This document shows positions 38,614 to 52,596 of a stretch of 64,000 nt of DNA, in pieces. The notes beneath the pieces were generated by a model. The model was not told where the DNA came from, did not search any database, and saw only the letters and a program-made list of their open reading frames with translations. Origin of the DNA: Tubulanus polymorphus (Eukaryota > Animalia > Nemertea). Where the stretch lies: the NCBI RefSeq assembly GCF_964204645.1, contig NC_134027.1:19616560-19680559 (forward strand), read 5' to 3'. The translations under genes were made by a program, and so were the position numbers. How positions within the stretch are numbered: position 1 is the first letter of the stretch; every line of letters starts with the position of its first letter.

Positions 38614-41600
38614 TATTAATAACCTGCCATACCCAGAAATCACATTAAAGATCGACGATCGTGGGGGGGGGGGGCGGTATATTAACAATAGCTTCAATTT
38701 TTGCATCAACGGGTTTGACTTGCCCATGGCCTACAACGTGACCCAGATATATACATTAGCTTGACCGAAATCACTTTTAACTAGATTTACCGTTAAGTTA
38801 GCCTCAGTTAATCACTCAAATAAGCATCGATACAAGTGTTCATTCCACGTATCAGAAAATACAATTATGTCATCAATATATACAACAACACATATAAGAC
38901 CTTTTATGACTTGATTCATCAGCCGTTGAAACATGGCATTCTACATTGGAATAAACCATGAGGAGTACAAAAGGCGGATATTTCCCGAATACGCTGAGAA
39001 AGAGGAACCTGCCAATAACCTTTTGTAAGGTCAAATTTACTGATGTATTTGGCTCTACCGATTCTATCTATCAAATCGTCAATTCTTGGAATTGGGTAAG
39101 AATCAGATTTGGTAACTGAATTAACCTTACGATAGTCCGTACAGAACCGCCACTTGCCATTCTGTTTCGGAACTAAAATACAGGGTGAACTTCAATCACT
39201 CGTGCTAGGCTCGGCAATACCCGTCTTTAACATAGCGATAACCTCCTCTTTCATAATTTCAGATTTAACAGGATTCACACTATATGGATGCTTCTTCATT
39301 GGTTTAGCCTCACTAACATCCACATCGTGACAAGCGAGCGTAGTCATGCCCGGAGTATCTGTAAACAGATGTTGAAATTCATTTAACAATTGTTTTAAAT
39401 CAGATTTCTCACGAGGCTCCAAGTGATCTAATTTGGCATTAATATTATCCATCACTTTCGAATTTTCAAATAGAAAATCTACATCATTACTCTTACTGCC
39501 ACTACCATTTGAAACCGATCTCCTACAAAACGGTAACGTTTTATCAACTGCACTACCGACATCATCCGCATCCAGTAAATTATAAGAATGGACAGTATAT
39601 ATACACATATTTACACTACTAAAGCAGAGTCTTGGTTTTTTTCTAAAAAAACGTTTCATCATATAACATGACAACCTGACTATCTTTCCTATGGTCAGGA
39701 GTCGCTATCAAATAATTTCCATCATTTAATTTTTCGAGTACAATGTAAGGACCTCGAAATTTCGCCTGAAGGCTCGCCCCCTTAAAAGGAAACAATATAA
39801 GAACTTTGTCCCCAGGTCTAAATATTCGTTTCCAAGCCTTTTTATCATTCCATGTTTTCATAGTCGTTTGAGAGTCTTTCAAATATCTACGGTACTCTCC
39901 CACGTATTGAATAATCTATTTCTAAAACTAGAAACCTACTTTAATAAATTACAGTAATTCTGTTTTTCATCATTATCAAGTAGAAATCTTTCTTTAAGCA
40001 ATTTAAGCGGACCGCGCACTTCATGCCCAAAAACTATTTCGAAGAGACTAAAACCTTGAGACTCTTGGACCGCATCTCTAACGGCAAACAAAAGAAACGG
40101 CACCCCTTCATCCTAATCTTTTTGATTTTCTTCACAGTAAACTGTAAGCATTGTCTTCAACGTTTGATGAAACCTCTAAAGCGCCCCCTTAGATTAAGGA
40201 TGATATGCACTCGAAGTACTTTGTTCAGCACATAGTTGATACATGACCTGTTGGAATACTCCAGATACAAAATTTGATCCCTGATCAGACTGTATAGTTT
40301 TTGGAAACCCGTATGACGTAAATAATTTTGTGAGTGCTTTCAGTATCGTAGGAGCATTAATTGTACGCAGAGGAATTGCCTCTGGGTAGCGAGTGATTTG
40401 CACATGATCGTCAACAAATACTCATTACCAGATCGAGTTTTTGGTAGCTTACCAACACATAACAGTCACAGATAACGTCCGAAAATCGTCCATTAAATGC
40501 AGTACAGGTATCAACGGATATTTGGGTAGCGCCTGATTAGGCTTACCACATTTTTGGCAATTTTTGCATGAGGCACAGAAATTTCTCAAATCTTTTATTA
40601 TGCCCGGCCAAAAGAAATGTTGCAATACTTTGTTATACGTTTTTGTCACCCCAAGGTGACCTTCTAATGGTTTTTCGTGAGCCAAACGCAAAATATCATC
40701 ACGATAAACTGATGGAATGACAATCTGATAATTAACTTTCCAATCAGTTGCAGGAACATCAGGCGGGCAAAATTTGCGCATTAGCACACCTGAATAAAAA
40801 AAATAACCACAATGGCTATCAGCAAGATCCTCTTTTGAGGCTTAAGCAATAGAAATTAGCTTCACCAAATCCCTATCACTTTTTTGAAACCTAAAGTTCG
40901 AACGTGACACAACATCAAAATCAGAAACAAGAAGAGAATCAAATATCTTCGATAAAAACGTGTCACTTACAGAAACAGAATTCTCTGAATTTTCATCATC
41001 AATAGACCTTCAGTCATTAGATTCTAAATTTTCAAATCCGCCGCTAGTCTATACATAGACCTAGTTACCACACATGACGTAAAAAACCGGGAACTGCCTG
41101 GTCTAATAACTCAGTCTCAAAACTAAGAACAGGGTTCTTAGAAACAAAAGGATTTACCCTAACATTACCACCGGCCAAATCATTTCCAAGTAACAGAGAG
41201 ATACCCTGAACTGACAACGACGGACACACGCCCAACTCAAACCAGCCAGACATTAAATCACAATCGAAATATAGTTTATGAATTGGTACATCGAGAATCT
41301 CAGACCCAACACCCCTAAGAAGTACGTTTTTACCGATATAAGTGTTCTCAGACAAAGGTATGGTTGCTAAAATTATGGATTGTGGCGCACCAGTATCGCG
41401 TATATCTTGACACTCACCTTTGAATTATCTTCACTGAACGATACTTCGCCATCGCTTATAAACGGTTCAAACGACTTCTTGTATGTAATTGATGACGAAA
41501 TTGCTGATTCATCTGACAGTACTGGAGTAAGGCGATCGACCCAGTAGATTCCCGTTTTCTCTTTGTCTGTAATTTGAAGCACGAATACATTAAATGTCCA

Positions 41601-42241
41601 GATTTTTTACAATAAAATTATTGCAAACAACGGGTGAATTTTGCCCTTTTAGCTGATAACTAGAACCTTGACTACGAACAGTATCAAAAGATTTAACCTC
41701 TTTAAAGACCTAATGGGTTAAGGAATAGTCATCAGCAGCTGTAGCTGCTTCATTTAAATCGTAAATCTTTTGTTCATCCAAATAGGTTTTGACTTCCACT
41801 GGTACGCACTGTTCAAATTCTTCCATAAGCATTAAATGTCGCAATTTGTCAAAATCGCTTTTAACTAATTTAGAATCACACCAGCGAGTGAACAAGGTTT
41901 CTTTTTCCCTAGCAAATTCTAAATATGTTTCATTTTCAACCTTTTTACGATTTCCTGAACCGTTGCCGTTAGGCTTCTGGAACTAATTCATAGGCTTTAA
42001 GAATACAAGATTTCACAATTTCATAATCATATGACTTTTCAGATGTAAGCGACGAATACAATTCTTGAGCCTTCCAAGTAAGAACACTCTGGAGTAGCAA
42101 AGTCCAGTTTTCCTGCGGCCAATTTAGATTAAGCGCGACTTTTTTTCAAAATGCGAAACTTATCTATTCACGAAGACGAATTTCCATCTCTCTAGGTTGT
42201 AGCTCATGTTGCTCTCGTTCACGATCCATACACAACAATAT

Positions 42242-42376
<135 letters not shown>

Positions 42377-43571
42377 ATTCAGTTTTATTTTTTATGAGCT
42401 CGACCTTTCGACCTCTGGTATGAAAAGATGAAAAGACACTTACCCTACTACTTCAGTATAAATCTGATCGTTTAACTTTGTGTTCATCAATGTTCATCAA
42501 GTTTTGAACTTATGAGGTATTTCTTTGTGCGAGTGGTATAGATTTCCCCCAGCGCGCTGAAAACCAAAAAGTTGTGCTGCGGAAGAACTGGAGACGCAAC
42601 GTATAAGGTAACTAGATCGTGCATAGCCAGGAAACTTCAAGGACAGTCAGAAAAATGGCACGCATAGAGATCCATCGAGGATTCTAGTAATTCAAAACTC
42701 TAATCGGCATAATATAACACATACCTTTAATTTGCTACTGGCATCACATGATACAGACATATAATTTATTAGGAAAGAAGCAAATCATAGAGTGCAAACG
42801 AGCAGTTGACGTGACATACACAATGAAATTTGGATCAGGTTTTTAGCGGTTCTTAAACTAGAATTTTCACTCAAACAGGTCGTATTTTGTATTAAAGAAC
42901 ACAAGAAAGACATATTTAATCAAAACCCCAAAGTGCGTGGCTACCCATGTTTTGGATTCTGATGGTCGCCATTTTGATTTTAATAATTCTCGCGTAATTT
43001 TTCCGTCCAACAGTGGTTCCCGATGCCACATAGTTGAGTCGGCTTTGATATTCTCATTCCAATTCGTGTGTCAATGGTAACCTTAGTTTCTCTCCCAAAA
43101 ATAGTGCAATAGTGTATGTCGTTCTTGTTGGTATATATACTGTGACAAGTCATACGTGCAGTTATTCCTTGAAAATGGTTTTGACGAAAAATCGAATATA
43201 TCGGGTTTTCAATAGATTTTAATAGTTTCGATATTTGAAAAACTTTTTCGATCTCGTGATTGTGGGATTTATATTTTGCTCGTCTCTCGCGATTCATTGC
43301 GTAGTTTTACCGCGTTAAGATAGACAATACAATTCATGATCATTTCCACTTACTGCGTGTACCTTATTTGATAAATTATGACCGATTATTTGCTTCATAA
43401 AGCTGTATTGCTCAGTGACATTAGCGACACCGCGTATAACTCCGACATTACACATTTTCACAGAAAGTTTCTGCTCGATCGGTCCTTTTTCAGGTGAGGA
43501 TTTCCTGAGGATCTAAGAAATAAAAACCACTTGCCTGGGGGGGGGGGAGGGGCAAGTATATCTGAAATTCT

Positions 43572-46363
43572 ACGAATAACACAGGCTATCAGCCAATAGA
43601 TTTGTGTAAGAACCATTCACTAATTATTCTCAATGGCAGATGTGGCAATGATCAGACAGGTAATTATACTAGGAACACTGGTGTCATCGATTATTTTGTG
43701 TGTGATTTAGAACTGTTTGGTTATGTTCAGGACTTTGAAATAATGCCTTTTGACCCATTATTATCTGATGGACATAATTCTATTAATCTGTACGTGTATT
43801 CGAACTCTAGGGACACCATTGCAAGCGATAATGAAAGGGGTAATGAACACGCGAACTTTGACACTTCCATTAGGTGGGACAGTACTAGATCAAATCAATT
43901 TTTCCTGAATGAAGAATCAAAATTACGAGATAATGATTTAGATAAGTTACTTTTGGATGGGTTGCCGGATCTAGGAAATCAATCGCCAGGTAACATTAAT
44001 GGACTTACTGATTGATTTGTATCTTCTTTATTATCAAGTGCTGATGAGTGTAATTTCATGTACCATAGACAAAGTAGGAAAAGTAATAACTGCAAAAAAC
44101 CGGTTCGCAACAGATGGTTTGACAGGGACTGTAGAGATGCACAGAAGAAATATAATTATATGAAAAAAAGATATAGGGCTTGCCCTACCCCTTCCAATTT
44201 TGAATCCTTTAAGAACTCATCTAAAAATTATAAAAAGGTCATACGAGAAAATAAGAAAAAACAAAAAGATGAATTTATTAAGGAATTGAGAGAATGCGAA
44301 ATCAATAACCCAAAAAACGAATGAGCTGTTGGGAGTTACTCAGTACCAGTTTTTAGTTGATATATTACAAAAATTATTCAATTTAGTTCTTTAAACAGGA
44401 TGTTCCAGAGATGTGGTCTATAGGCGTCATCAAACCCATTTTCAAAAAGAATGGCGATCCCTCTAATCCCGATAATTATAGAGGTATTACCTTAGTTAGC
44501 TGTTTTGGTAAGTTATTTACAAGTATCCTAAATCAAAGATTGTCAACATTCCTAGATACGAATGACATTATAAGTGAAGCCCAGGCTGGCTTTAGATCGA
44601 AATATTCCACCATTGATCATATTTACACGCTAAAAACAATCGTAGAGCTGTATCTTTGTCACATTTTTGCGCCTTTGTTGATTTTAAGAAAGCTTTCGAC
44701 TCGATTTGTAGGGTAACGTTATGGCGAAAATTAATTGCTTACAGTGTTAATTTAAACTTTTCCAATGTGGTCAAAAATATGTATAATTCCATAAAATCAT
44801 GTGTTAAATTTAATGGTTGCACGTCACAATACTTTGCAGCTGATAGAGGCTTAGGACAAGGCGAAAATCTCTCGCCTATCCTCTTTTCGTTATTCTTAAA
44901 CGACATTGAAGAATTTTTCATGGATCGTGGAAAACCGACTTTATCATTTATTGAAAAACTAAATTTGAATCGTGACCAGGATATTGATACTTTACTGAAT
45001 TTATTCATAATACTATACGCGGATGATACAGTTATTCTTGCTGAGGATGAGAAATCTCTTCAGCTACACTTAGATACCCTATTTGAATATTGTGCCGCTA
45101 ATGGTCTCACTGTTAACCCAGAGAAAACTAAAGTACTTGTATTTGCGTGAAGTAAATCCCGGATAAAAACGATTTCGAAATTTATGTTTGGTGATCAAGA
45201 GTTAGAATTAGTTGAAGATTATGTTTATCTCGGAGTAAAATTTAATTGGAATGGTAACTTTGCTAAGGCAAAAAAGTATCTTTACGATAAAGCTATGAGA
45301 GCTATGTTTTCTATCGTTCAAAAAGGCAGACGTTTGAAATTGCCCATAGATGTTATGTTTAAATTATTTGATATGTGTGTTGCTCCAATAGCCATGTATG
45401 GGTGTGAGATCTGGGGATACGAAAATCTTGATTTATTAGAAAATATTCAGTGCTTCTTCTGTAAAATCTTAATGAAAGTGACGAAATATTCTCACAACTT
45501 ACAAGTTTTATCAGAGCTAGGGCATTATCCTTTGAATATAGATGTTAGACGCAGGATGATTAACTTTTGGGTTAAAACAGTATCTGTATCAAAAACAGTA
45601 TCAAACCAAACGTAATTCAATACTTAATAAAATATTTTTCAATTTCTTTCTTTCTTTCTTTCTAAGGGATAAATTTAAGAGCCCTTGGTTATCATATATA
45701 AAGAAAACCTTTGATGACTGGTTTGTCCTTTATTTGGACGCAGCAATTCATGACTAACACTAAATCTTTTTCAAAACGAATAAAACAGATACTCCGTGCC
45801 AGCACCTTCAAGAAACCGTATCTGCCATAAATACTAATCCGATATACACTAACTTTAGGCAATATAGAAATGATATTAGGTTAGAGAAGTATAGGATCGA
45901 ACTTGGTGATGACTTAGGAACTAGTTTATTTGAATTTAGGGTCGGGTCCTATATTTTACCTGTGAACAAATTTTCAAACCTTCATTTAGACAGAGCCGAT
46001 AGAATATGCCCCACTTGTAATACTTTAGGTGACGAATCCCATTTTCTGTTTGACTGTACCTTCCTTAACGAACCCCGCAAAAACTATTTGAATTTGATTA
46101 CCTTTAATACCCTTGATATTCTGAAAAAAACCAACGGTCAACTTAGCCAAATTCATTAAGACGATGTATATAGATCCCTCCAATAGTATATATATAGTAT
46201 TGTAAATAATTGATGTATATATATTTTGTTTCGTTTTCATTCTCTAAATTTTAATCACTTCAGTGTTGTTTTGTAAATATTTGTATATACATGTGTAATA
46301 GTTTTCCTCCATATACCATGGAAATGTTTGGAGTGTAAATGAATCGTAATCTTAATCGTAATC
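43572..46363 (+). mobile_element. 5'-truncated non-LTR retrotransposon (CR1/L2 group) ORF2 pseudogene, left copy
   Basis: End of APE endonuclease (IDY, SDGHN); RT motifs NYRGITL, QAGFR, DFKKAFDS, QGENLSPILF, LYADD, YLGV; C-terminal CPTC...HFLFDC; (TAATCG/T) tandem tail. Several frameshifts. Confidence 0.9.
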
Positions 46364-46569
46364 GGTTGCCGCGCTTCAATTTCTTCTATTCAATTACGAA
46401 TCAACTTTTGCTCATTGCAATGGGATCACCGGGATATGCCATGGCGGGCCGGCCCGGGCGCTCTAAAGAACACGAGTAGGCCGGTGGTTGATTTAAAGAA
46501 TCCTACACCACTACAAGTCCAAGAGCTTTTATCGAACGAACTCTAGATATGCGGTAACTACAAAGATAA

Positions 46570-46690
46570 GGCGTGGTGCTGTTGCATTCACTATCAGTGC
46601 TGGGACGTGGGTTCGAGTCCTGGCTGCTTACAGTGTGCGGGCAACATTTCAATGGCCGTCCCGTCGTGAGGTTAAAAATAGATAATCCAA
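46570..46690 (+). mobile_element. tRNA-derived SINE-like fragment (mirror copy about 49215-49335)
   Basis: Pol III B-box GGTTCGAGTCC (46610-46620) with a degenerate upstream A-box; no full cloverleaf. Confidence 0.45.
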
Positions 46691-49541
46691 TAGGGTTAGT
46701 CTTAAGGCTGGCTTATGTCGACCAGCAACGCGACGTCTACCGACTCCTACCGACGCAACTGAGAGCAACCGCGATCGCAGCCCAGCTTATGTCGACTGCG
46801 CTCCGATTCGCAGCAACTGAGGCCGACTAGTGGGATATGAGATCCTCCCAGTTGCTTCCCTGCTTATGTCGGTTGCGATTACTAGCAACTGCAACCGGCT
46901 CAAATGGTCACGTGATAAGCACTTTGAGAATAAATTTTAATAAATTTTAGGAAATATATTTCTATTAGAAAAGCTATTTCTTTAAGACTTTGATCTTTCT
47001 GATTCTGTTTTGAATACAACGTGCTAGCGACATCTATAAAGATGGCCACTCACACCATAATTCTACCAATTTTGTTTCTAGATCTTCGGTCCAGTCCTCT
47101 GCCGTGCTGAAGGTTTGGTTCCGTCGCGTCGCAGATGAGCTTATGTCGGCTGCGATCGAAAGCAACTGCCCGCCTACCGTAGGCTGGAGAAGAACCACAG
47201 GGGCTTGTAAACTGGATTGGATTTTACTTCCGGGTTGTTGACAATCTCGCGAGAATGGCGCTAAATTTAAACTGCAAATAGATTCAAAATATCACAGAAA
47301 TACCTTGTGTTGATGTTATTTATTTATCCACTATAGAGTTCCGATAAACAATTGGCTGTTAAGGATCAGTATCAGCGGGTGCGACGCTTTACTATGGCGC
47401 TTATACGAAATTGAATCTGATTCGGTTTAGCTAAATCGAAATCCGATTCGATGTCGGAAACCGAAAGGATTAGTAAATCGAATTGTTTTTCGTAAATGAG
47501 TCGAATCGATTGATCAATTCAAAGGTCGCGATTCGAAAGAAAATGGGCGTCAATGGTGACCGAATTATTGATAGACGACGATTTTCGATTAATGTCTCTA
47601 GCCCGCGGTCGAAGAGTACGCCATGTTGGATTTAGCTGACTATATAAATCGCCACTAACTTGCTCGCCGAGCAAGTTAGTCGATTTAATGAATCAATTTG
47701 CTAAACCGTTTCCATAAACGCTTTGATTTACAAAATCGGCTTCACTAAACCGTGTGCCGTAAAACACAGGGGTTTGGCGATGGGCTTGGATTTTATTTCC
47801 GGGTTGTTGATAATCTCGCGAGAATGGCGCTAAATATGAACTGCGAATAAATTTAAAATATCACGGAAATACCTTGTGTTTATATTGTTTATTTATCCGC
47901 TATAAAGTTTCGATAAACAATTGGTCGTATTGTTATTTTATATAGTAGCGTGACGACCGTCTGATAATGATTCTTAACGACCAATTGTTTATCGAAACTT
48001 TATAGCGGATAAATAAACAATATAAACACAAGGTATTTCCGTGATATTTTAAATTTATTCGCAGTTCATATTTAGCGCCATTCTCGCGAGATTATCAACA
48101 ACCCGGAAATAAAATCCAAGCCCATCGCCAAACCCCTGTGTTTTACGGCACACGGTTTAGTGAAGCCGATTTTGTAAATCAAAGCGTTTATGGAAACGGT
48201 TTAGCAAATTGATTCATTAAATCGACTAACTTGCTTGGCGAGCAAGTTAGTGGCGATTTATATAGTCAGCTAAATCCAACATGGCGTACTCTTCGACCGC
48301 GGGCTAGAGACATTAATCGAAAATCGTCGTCTATCAATAATTCGGTCACCATTGACGCCCATTTTCTTTCGAATCGCGACCTTTGAATTGATCAATCGAT
48401 TCGACTCATTTACGAAAAACAATTCGATTTACTAATCCTTTCGGTTTCCGACATCGAATCGGATTTCGATTTAGCTAAACCGAATCAGATTCAATTTCGT
48501 ATAAGCGCCATAGTAAAGCGTCGCACCCGCTGATACTGATCCTTAACAGCCAATTGTTTATCGGAACTCTATAGTGGATAAATAAATAACATCAACACAA
48601 GGTATTTCTGTGATATTTTGAATCTATTTGCAGTTTAAATTTAGCGCCATTCTCGCGAGATTGTCAACAACCCGGAAGTAAAATCCAATCCAGTTTACAA
48701 GCCCCTGTGGTTCTTCTCCAGCCTACGGTAGGCGGGCAGTTGCTTTCGATCGCAGCCGACATAAGCTCATCTGCGACGCGACGGAACCAAACCTTCAGCA
48801 CGGCAGAGGACTGGACCGAAGATCTAGAAACAAAATTGGTAGAATTATGGTGTGAGTGGCCATCTTTATAGATGTCGCTAGCACGTTGTATTCAAAACAG
48901 AATCAGAAAGATCAAAGTCTTAAAGAAATAGCTTTTCTAATAGAAATATATTTCCTAAAATTTATTAAAATTTATTCTCAAAGTGCTTATCACGTGACCA
49001 TTTGAGCCGGTTGCAGTTGCTAGTAATCGCAACCGACATAAGCAGGGAAGCAACTGGGAGGATCTCATATCCCACTAGTCGGCCTCAGTTGCTGCGAATC
49101 GGAGCGCAGTCGACATAAGCTGGGCTGCGATCGCGGTTGCTCTCAGTTGCGTCGGTAGGAGTCGGTAGACGTCGCGTTGCTGGTCGACATAAGCCAGCCT
49201 TAAGACTAACCCTATTGGATTATCTATTTTTAACCTCACGACGGGACGGCCATTGAAATGTTGCCCGCACACTGTAAGCAGCCAGGACTCGAACCCACGT
49301 CCCAGCACTGATAGTGAATGCAACAGCACCACGCCTTATCTTTGTAGTTACCGCATATCTAGAGTTCGTTCGATAAAAGCTCTTGGACTTGTAGTGGTGT
49401 AGGATTCTTTAAATCAACCACCGGCCTACTCGTGTTCTTTAGAGCGCCCGGGCCGGCCCGCCATGGCATATCCCGGTGATTCCATTGCAATGAGCAAAAG
49501 TTGATTCGTAATTGAATAGAAGAAATTGAAGCGCGGCAACC

Positions 49542-52500
49542 GATTACGATTAAGATTACGATTCATTTACACTCCAAACATTTCCATGGTATATAGAGGA
49601 AAACTATTACACATGTATATACAAATATTTACAAAACAACACTGAAGTGATTAAAATTTAGAGAATGAAAACGAAACAAAATATATATACATCAATTATT
49701 TACAATACTATATATATACTATTGGAGGGATCTATATACATCGTCTTAATGAATTTGGCTAAGTTGACCGTTGGTTTTTTCAGAATATCAAGGGTATTAA
49801 AGGTAATCAAATTCAAATAGTTTTTGCGGGGTTCGTTAAGGAAGGTACAGTCAAACAGAAAATGGGATTCGTCACCTAAAGTATTACAAGTGGGGCATAT
49901 TCTATCGGCTCTGTCTAAATGAAGGTTTGAAAATTTGTTCACAGGTAAAATATAGGACCCGACCCTAAATTCAAATAAACTAGTTCCTAAGTCATCACCA
50001 AGTTCTATCCTATACTTCTCTAACCTAATATCATTTCTATATTGCCTAAAGTTAGTGTATATCGGATTAGTATTTATGGCAGATACGGTTTCTTGAAGGT
50101 GCTGGCACGGAGTATCTGTTTTATTCGTTTTGAAAAAGATTTAGTGTTAGTCATGAATTGCTGCGTCCAAATAAAGGACAAACCAGTCATCAAAGGTTTT
50201 CTTTATATATGATAACCAAGGGCTCTTAAATTTATCCCTTAGAAAGAAAGAAAGAAAGAAATTGAAAAATATTTTATTAAGTATTGAATTACGTTTGGTT
50301 TGCTTTCCAGATACTGTTTTAACCCAAAAGTTAATCATCCTGCGTCTAACATCTATATTCAAAGGATAATGCCCTAGCTCTGATAAAACTTGTAAGTTGT
50401 GAGAATATTTCGTCACTTTCATTAAGATTTTACAGAAGAAGCACTGAATATTTTCTAATAAATCAAGATTTTCGTATCCCCAGATCTCACACCCATACAT
50501 GGCTATTGGAGCAACACACATATCAAATAATTTAAACATAACATCTATGGGCAATTTCAAACGTCTGCCTTTTTGAACGATAGAAAACATAGCTCTCATA
50601 GCTTTATCGTAAAGATACTTTTTTGCCTTAGCAAAGTTACCATTCCAATTAAATTTTACTCCGAGATAAACATAATCTTCAACTAATTCTAACTCTTGAT
50701 CACCAAACATAAATTTCGAAATCGTTTTTATCCGGGATTTACTTCACGCAAATACAAGTACTTTAGTTTTCTCTGGGTTAACAGTGAGACCATTAGCGGC
50801 ACAATATTCAAATAGGGTATCTAAGTGTAGCTGAAGAGATTTCTCATCCTCAGCAAGAATAACTGTACCATCCGCGTATTGTATTATGAATAAATTCAGT
50901 AAAGTATCAATATCCTGGTCACGATTAAAATTTAGTTTTTCAATAAATGATAAAGTCGGTTTTCCACGATCCATGAAAAATTCTTCAATGTCGTTTAAAA
51001 ATAACGAAAAGAGGATAGGCGAGAGATTTTCGCCTTGTCCTAAGCCTCTATCAGCTGCAAAGTATTGTGACGTGCAACCATTAAATTTAACACATGATTT
51101 TATGGAATTATACATATTTTTGACCACATTGGAAAAGTTTAAATTAACACTGTAAGCAATTAATTTTCGCCATAACGTTACCCTACAAATCGAGTCGAAA
51201 GCTTTCTTAAAATCAAAAAAGGCGCAAAAATGTGACAAAGATACAGCTCTACGATTGTTTTTAGCGTGTAAATATGATCAATGGTGGAATATTTCGATCT
51301 AAAGCCAGCCTGGGCTTCACTTATAATGTCATTCGTATCTAGGAATGTTGACAATCTTTGATTTAGGATACTTGTAAATAACTTACCAAGACAGCTAACT
51401 AAGGTAATACCTCTATAATTATCGGGATTAGAGGGATCGCCATTCTTTTTGAAAATGGGTTTGATGACGCCTATAGACCACATCTCTGGAACATCCTGTT
51501 TAAAGAACTAAATTGAATAATTTTTGTAATATATCAACTAAAAACTGGTACTGAGTAACTCCCAACAGCTCATTCGTTTTTTGGGTTATTGATTTCGCAT
51601 TCTCTCAATTCCTTAATAAATTCATCTTTTTGTTTTTTCTTATTTTCTCGTATGACCTTTTTATAATTTTTAGATGAGTTCTTAAAGGATTCAAAATTGG
51701 AAGGGGTAGGGCAAGCCCTATATCTTTTTTTCATATAATTATATTTCTTCTGTGCATCTCTACAGTCCCTGTCAAACCATCTGTTGCGAACCGGTTTTTT
51801 GCAGTTATTACTTTTCCTACTTTGTCTATGGTACATGAAATTACACTCATCAGCACTTGATAATAAAGAAGATACAAATCAATCAGTAAGTCCATTAATG
51901 TTACCTGGCGATTGATTTCCTAGATCCGGCAACCCATCCAAAAGTAACTTATCTAAATCATTATCTCGTAATTTTGATTCTTCATTCAGGAAAAATTGAT
52001 TTGATCTAGTACTGTCCCACCTAATGGAAGTGTCAAAGTTCGCGTGTTCATTACCCCTTTTATTATCGCTTGCAATGGTGTCCCTAGAGTTCGAATACAC
52101 GTACAGATTAATAGAATTATGTCCATCAGATAATAATGGGTCAAAAGGCATTATTTCAAAGTCCTGAACATAACCAAACAGTTCTAAATCACACACAAAA
52201 TAATCGATGACACCAGTGTTCCTAGTATAATTACCTGTCTGATCATTGCCACATCTGCCATTGAGAATAATTAGTGAATGGTTCTTACACAAATCTATTG
52301 GCTGATAGCCTGTGTTATTCGTTCTTTTGTCCTGATTATTTCTAGTAGTGGGAACGCCTAAATTAATCAACGAATCAAAAATATGGTCTACGTGATCATC
52401 TTGAATTATCTGATTATCAGGTTCCAAAAAGTCTGGCATACAAGCGGTGTGAGCATTAAAGTCACCAGAAATTAACACATTGAAATCATACTCAACTTTC

Positions 52501-52567
52501 AATTGTAATAACTCTATTTCAATTTCACTGATAGCTATTTCTGAATAATAGTAATTAGAAGATGGCG
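49542..52567 (-). mobile_element. Same LINE, right copy, extending about 245 bp further 5'
   Basis: Mirror of the left copy plus the endonuclease motif SGDFNAH. Confidence 0.9.
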
Positions 52568-52596
52568 TTTTCATACCAGAGGTCGAGAGGTCGAGA

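Larger units (their letters stand above)
36990..42165 (-). mobile_element. Decayed Gypsy LTR retrotransposon, Gmr1-like order gag-PR-INT-RT-RH, 5' end missing
   Basis: Minus-strand fragments: SCAN-like gag (LMLMEEFEQCVP), protease region, integrase (AHE...GHLG...CxxC; SDQGSNF; SAYHP), RT (YIDDIIVFS near 38860-38885) and RNase H (VYTDHNPL, NVVADALSR). Polypurine tract AAGAAGGGGGG abuts TGTTA at 37284. Confidence 0.88.
43572..52322. repeat. Giant inverted duplication (palindrome): arms 43572-47928 and 47977-52322, 48-bp spacer
   Basis: Mirror-image ORF pairs (46573+/49332-, 44058+/51836-, 44656+/51238-); only scattered substitutions and small indels between the arms. Confidence 0.97.

Noticed and set aside
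46573-46830. 85-aa ORF present twice (also 49075-49332)
   Set aside because: It spans a SINE-like fragment and a MITE end; the duplication is only due to the palindrome.
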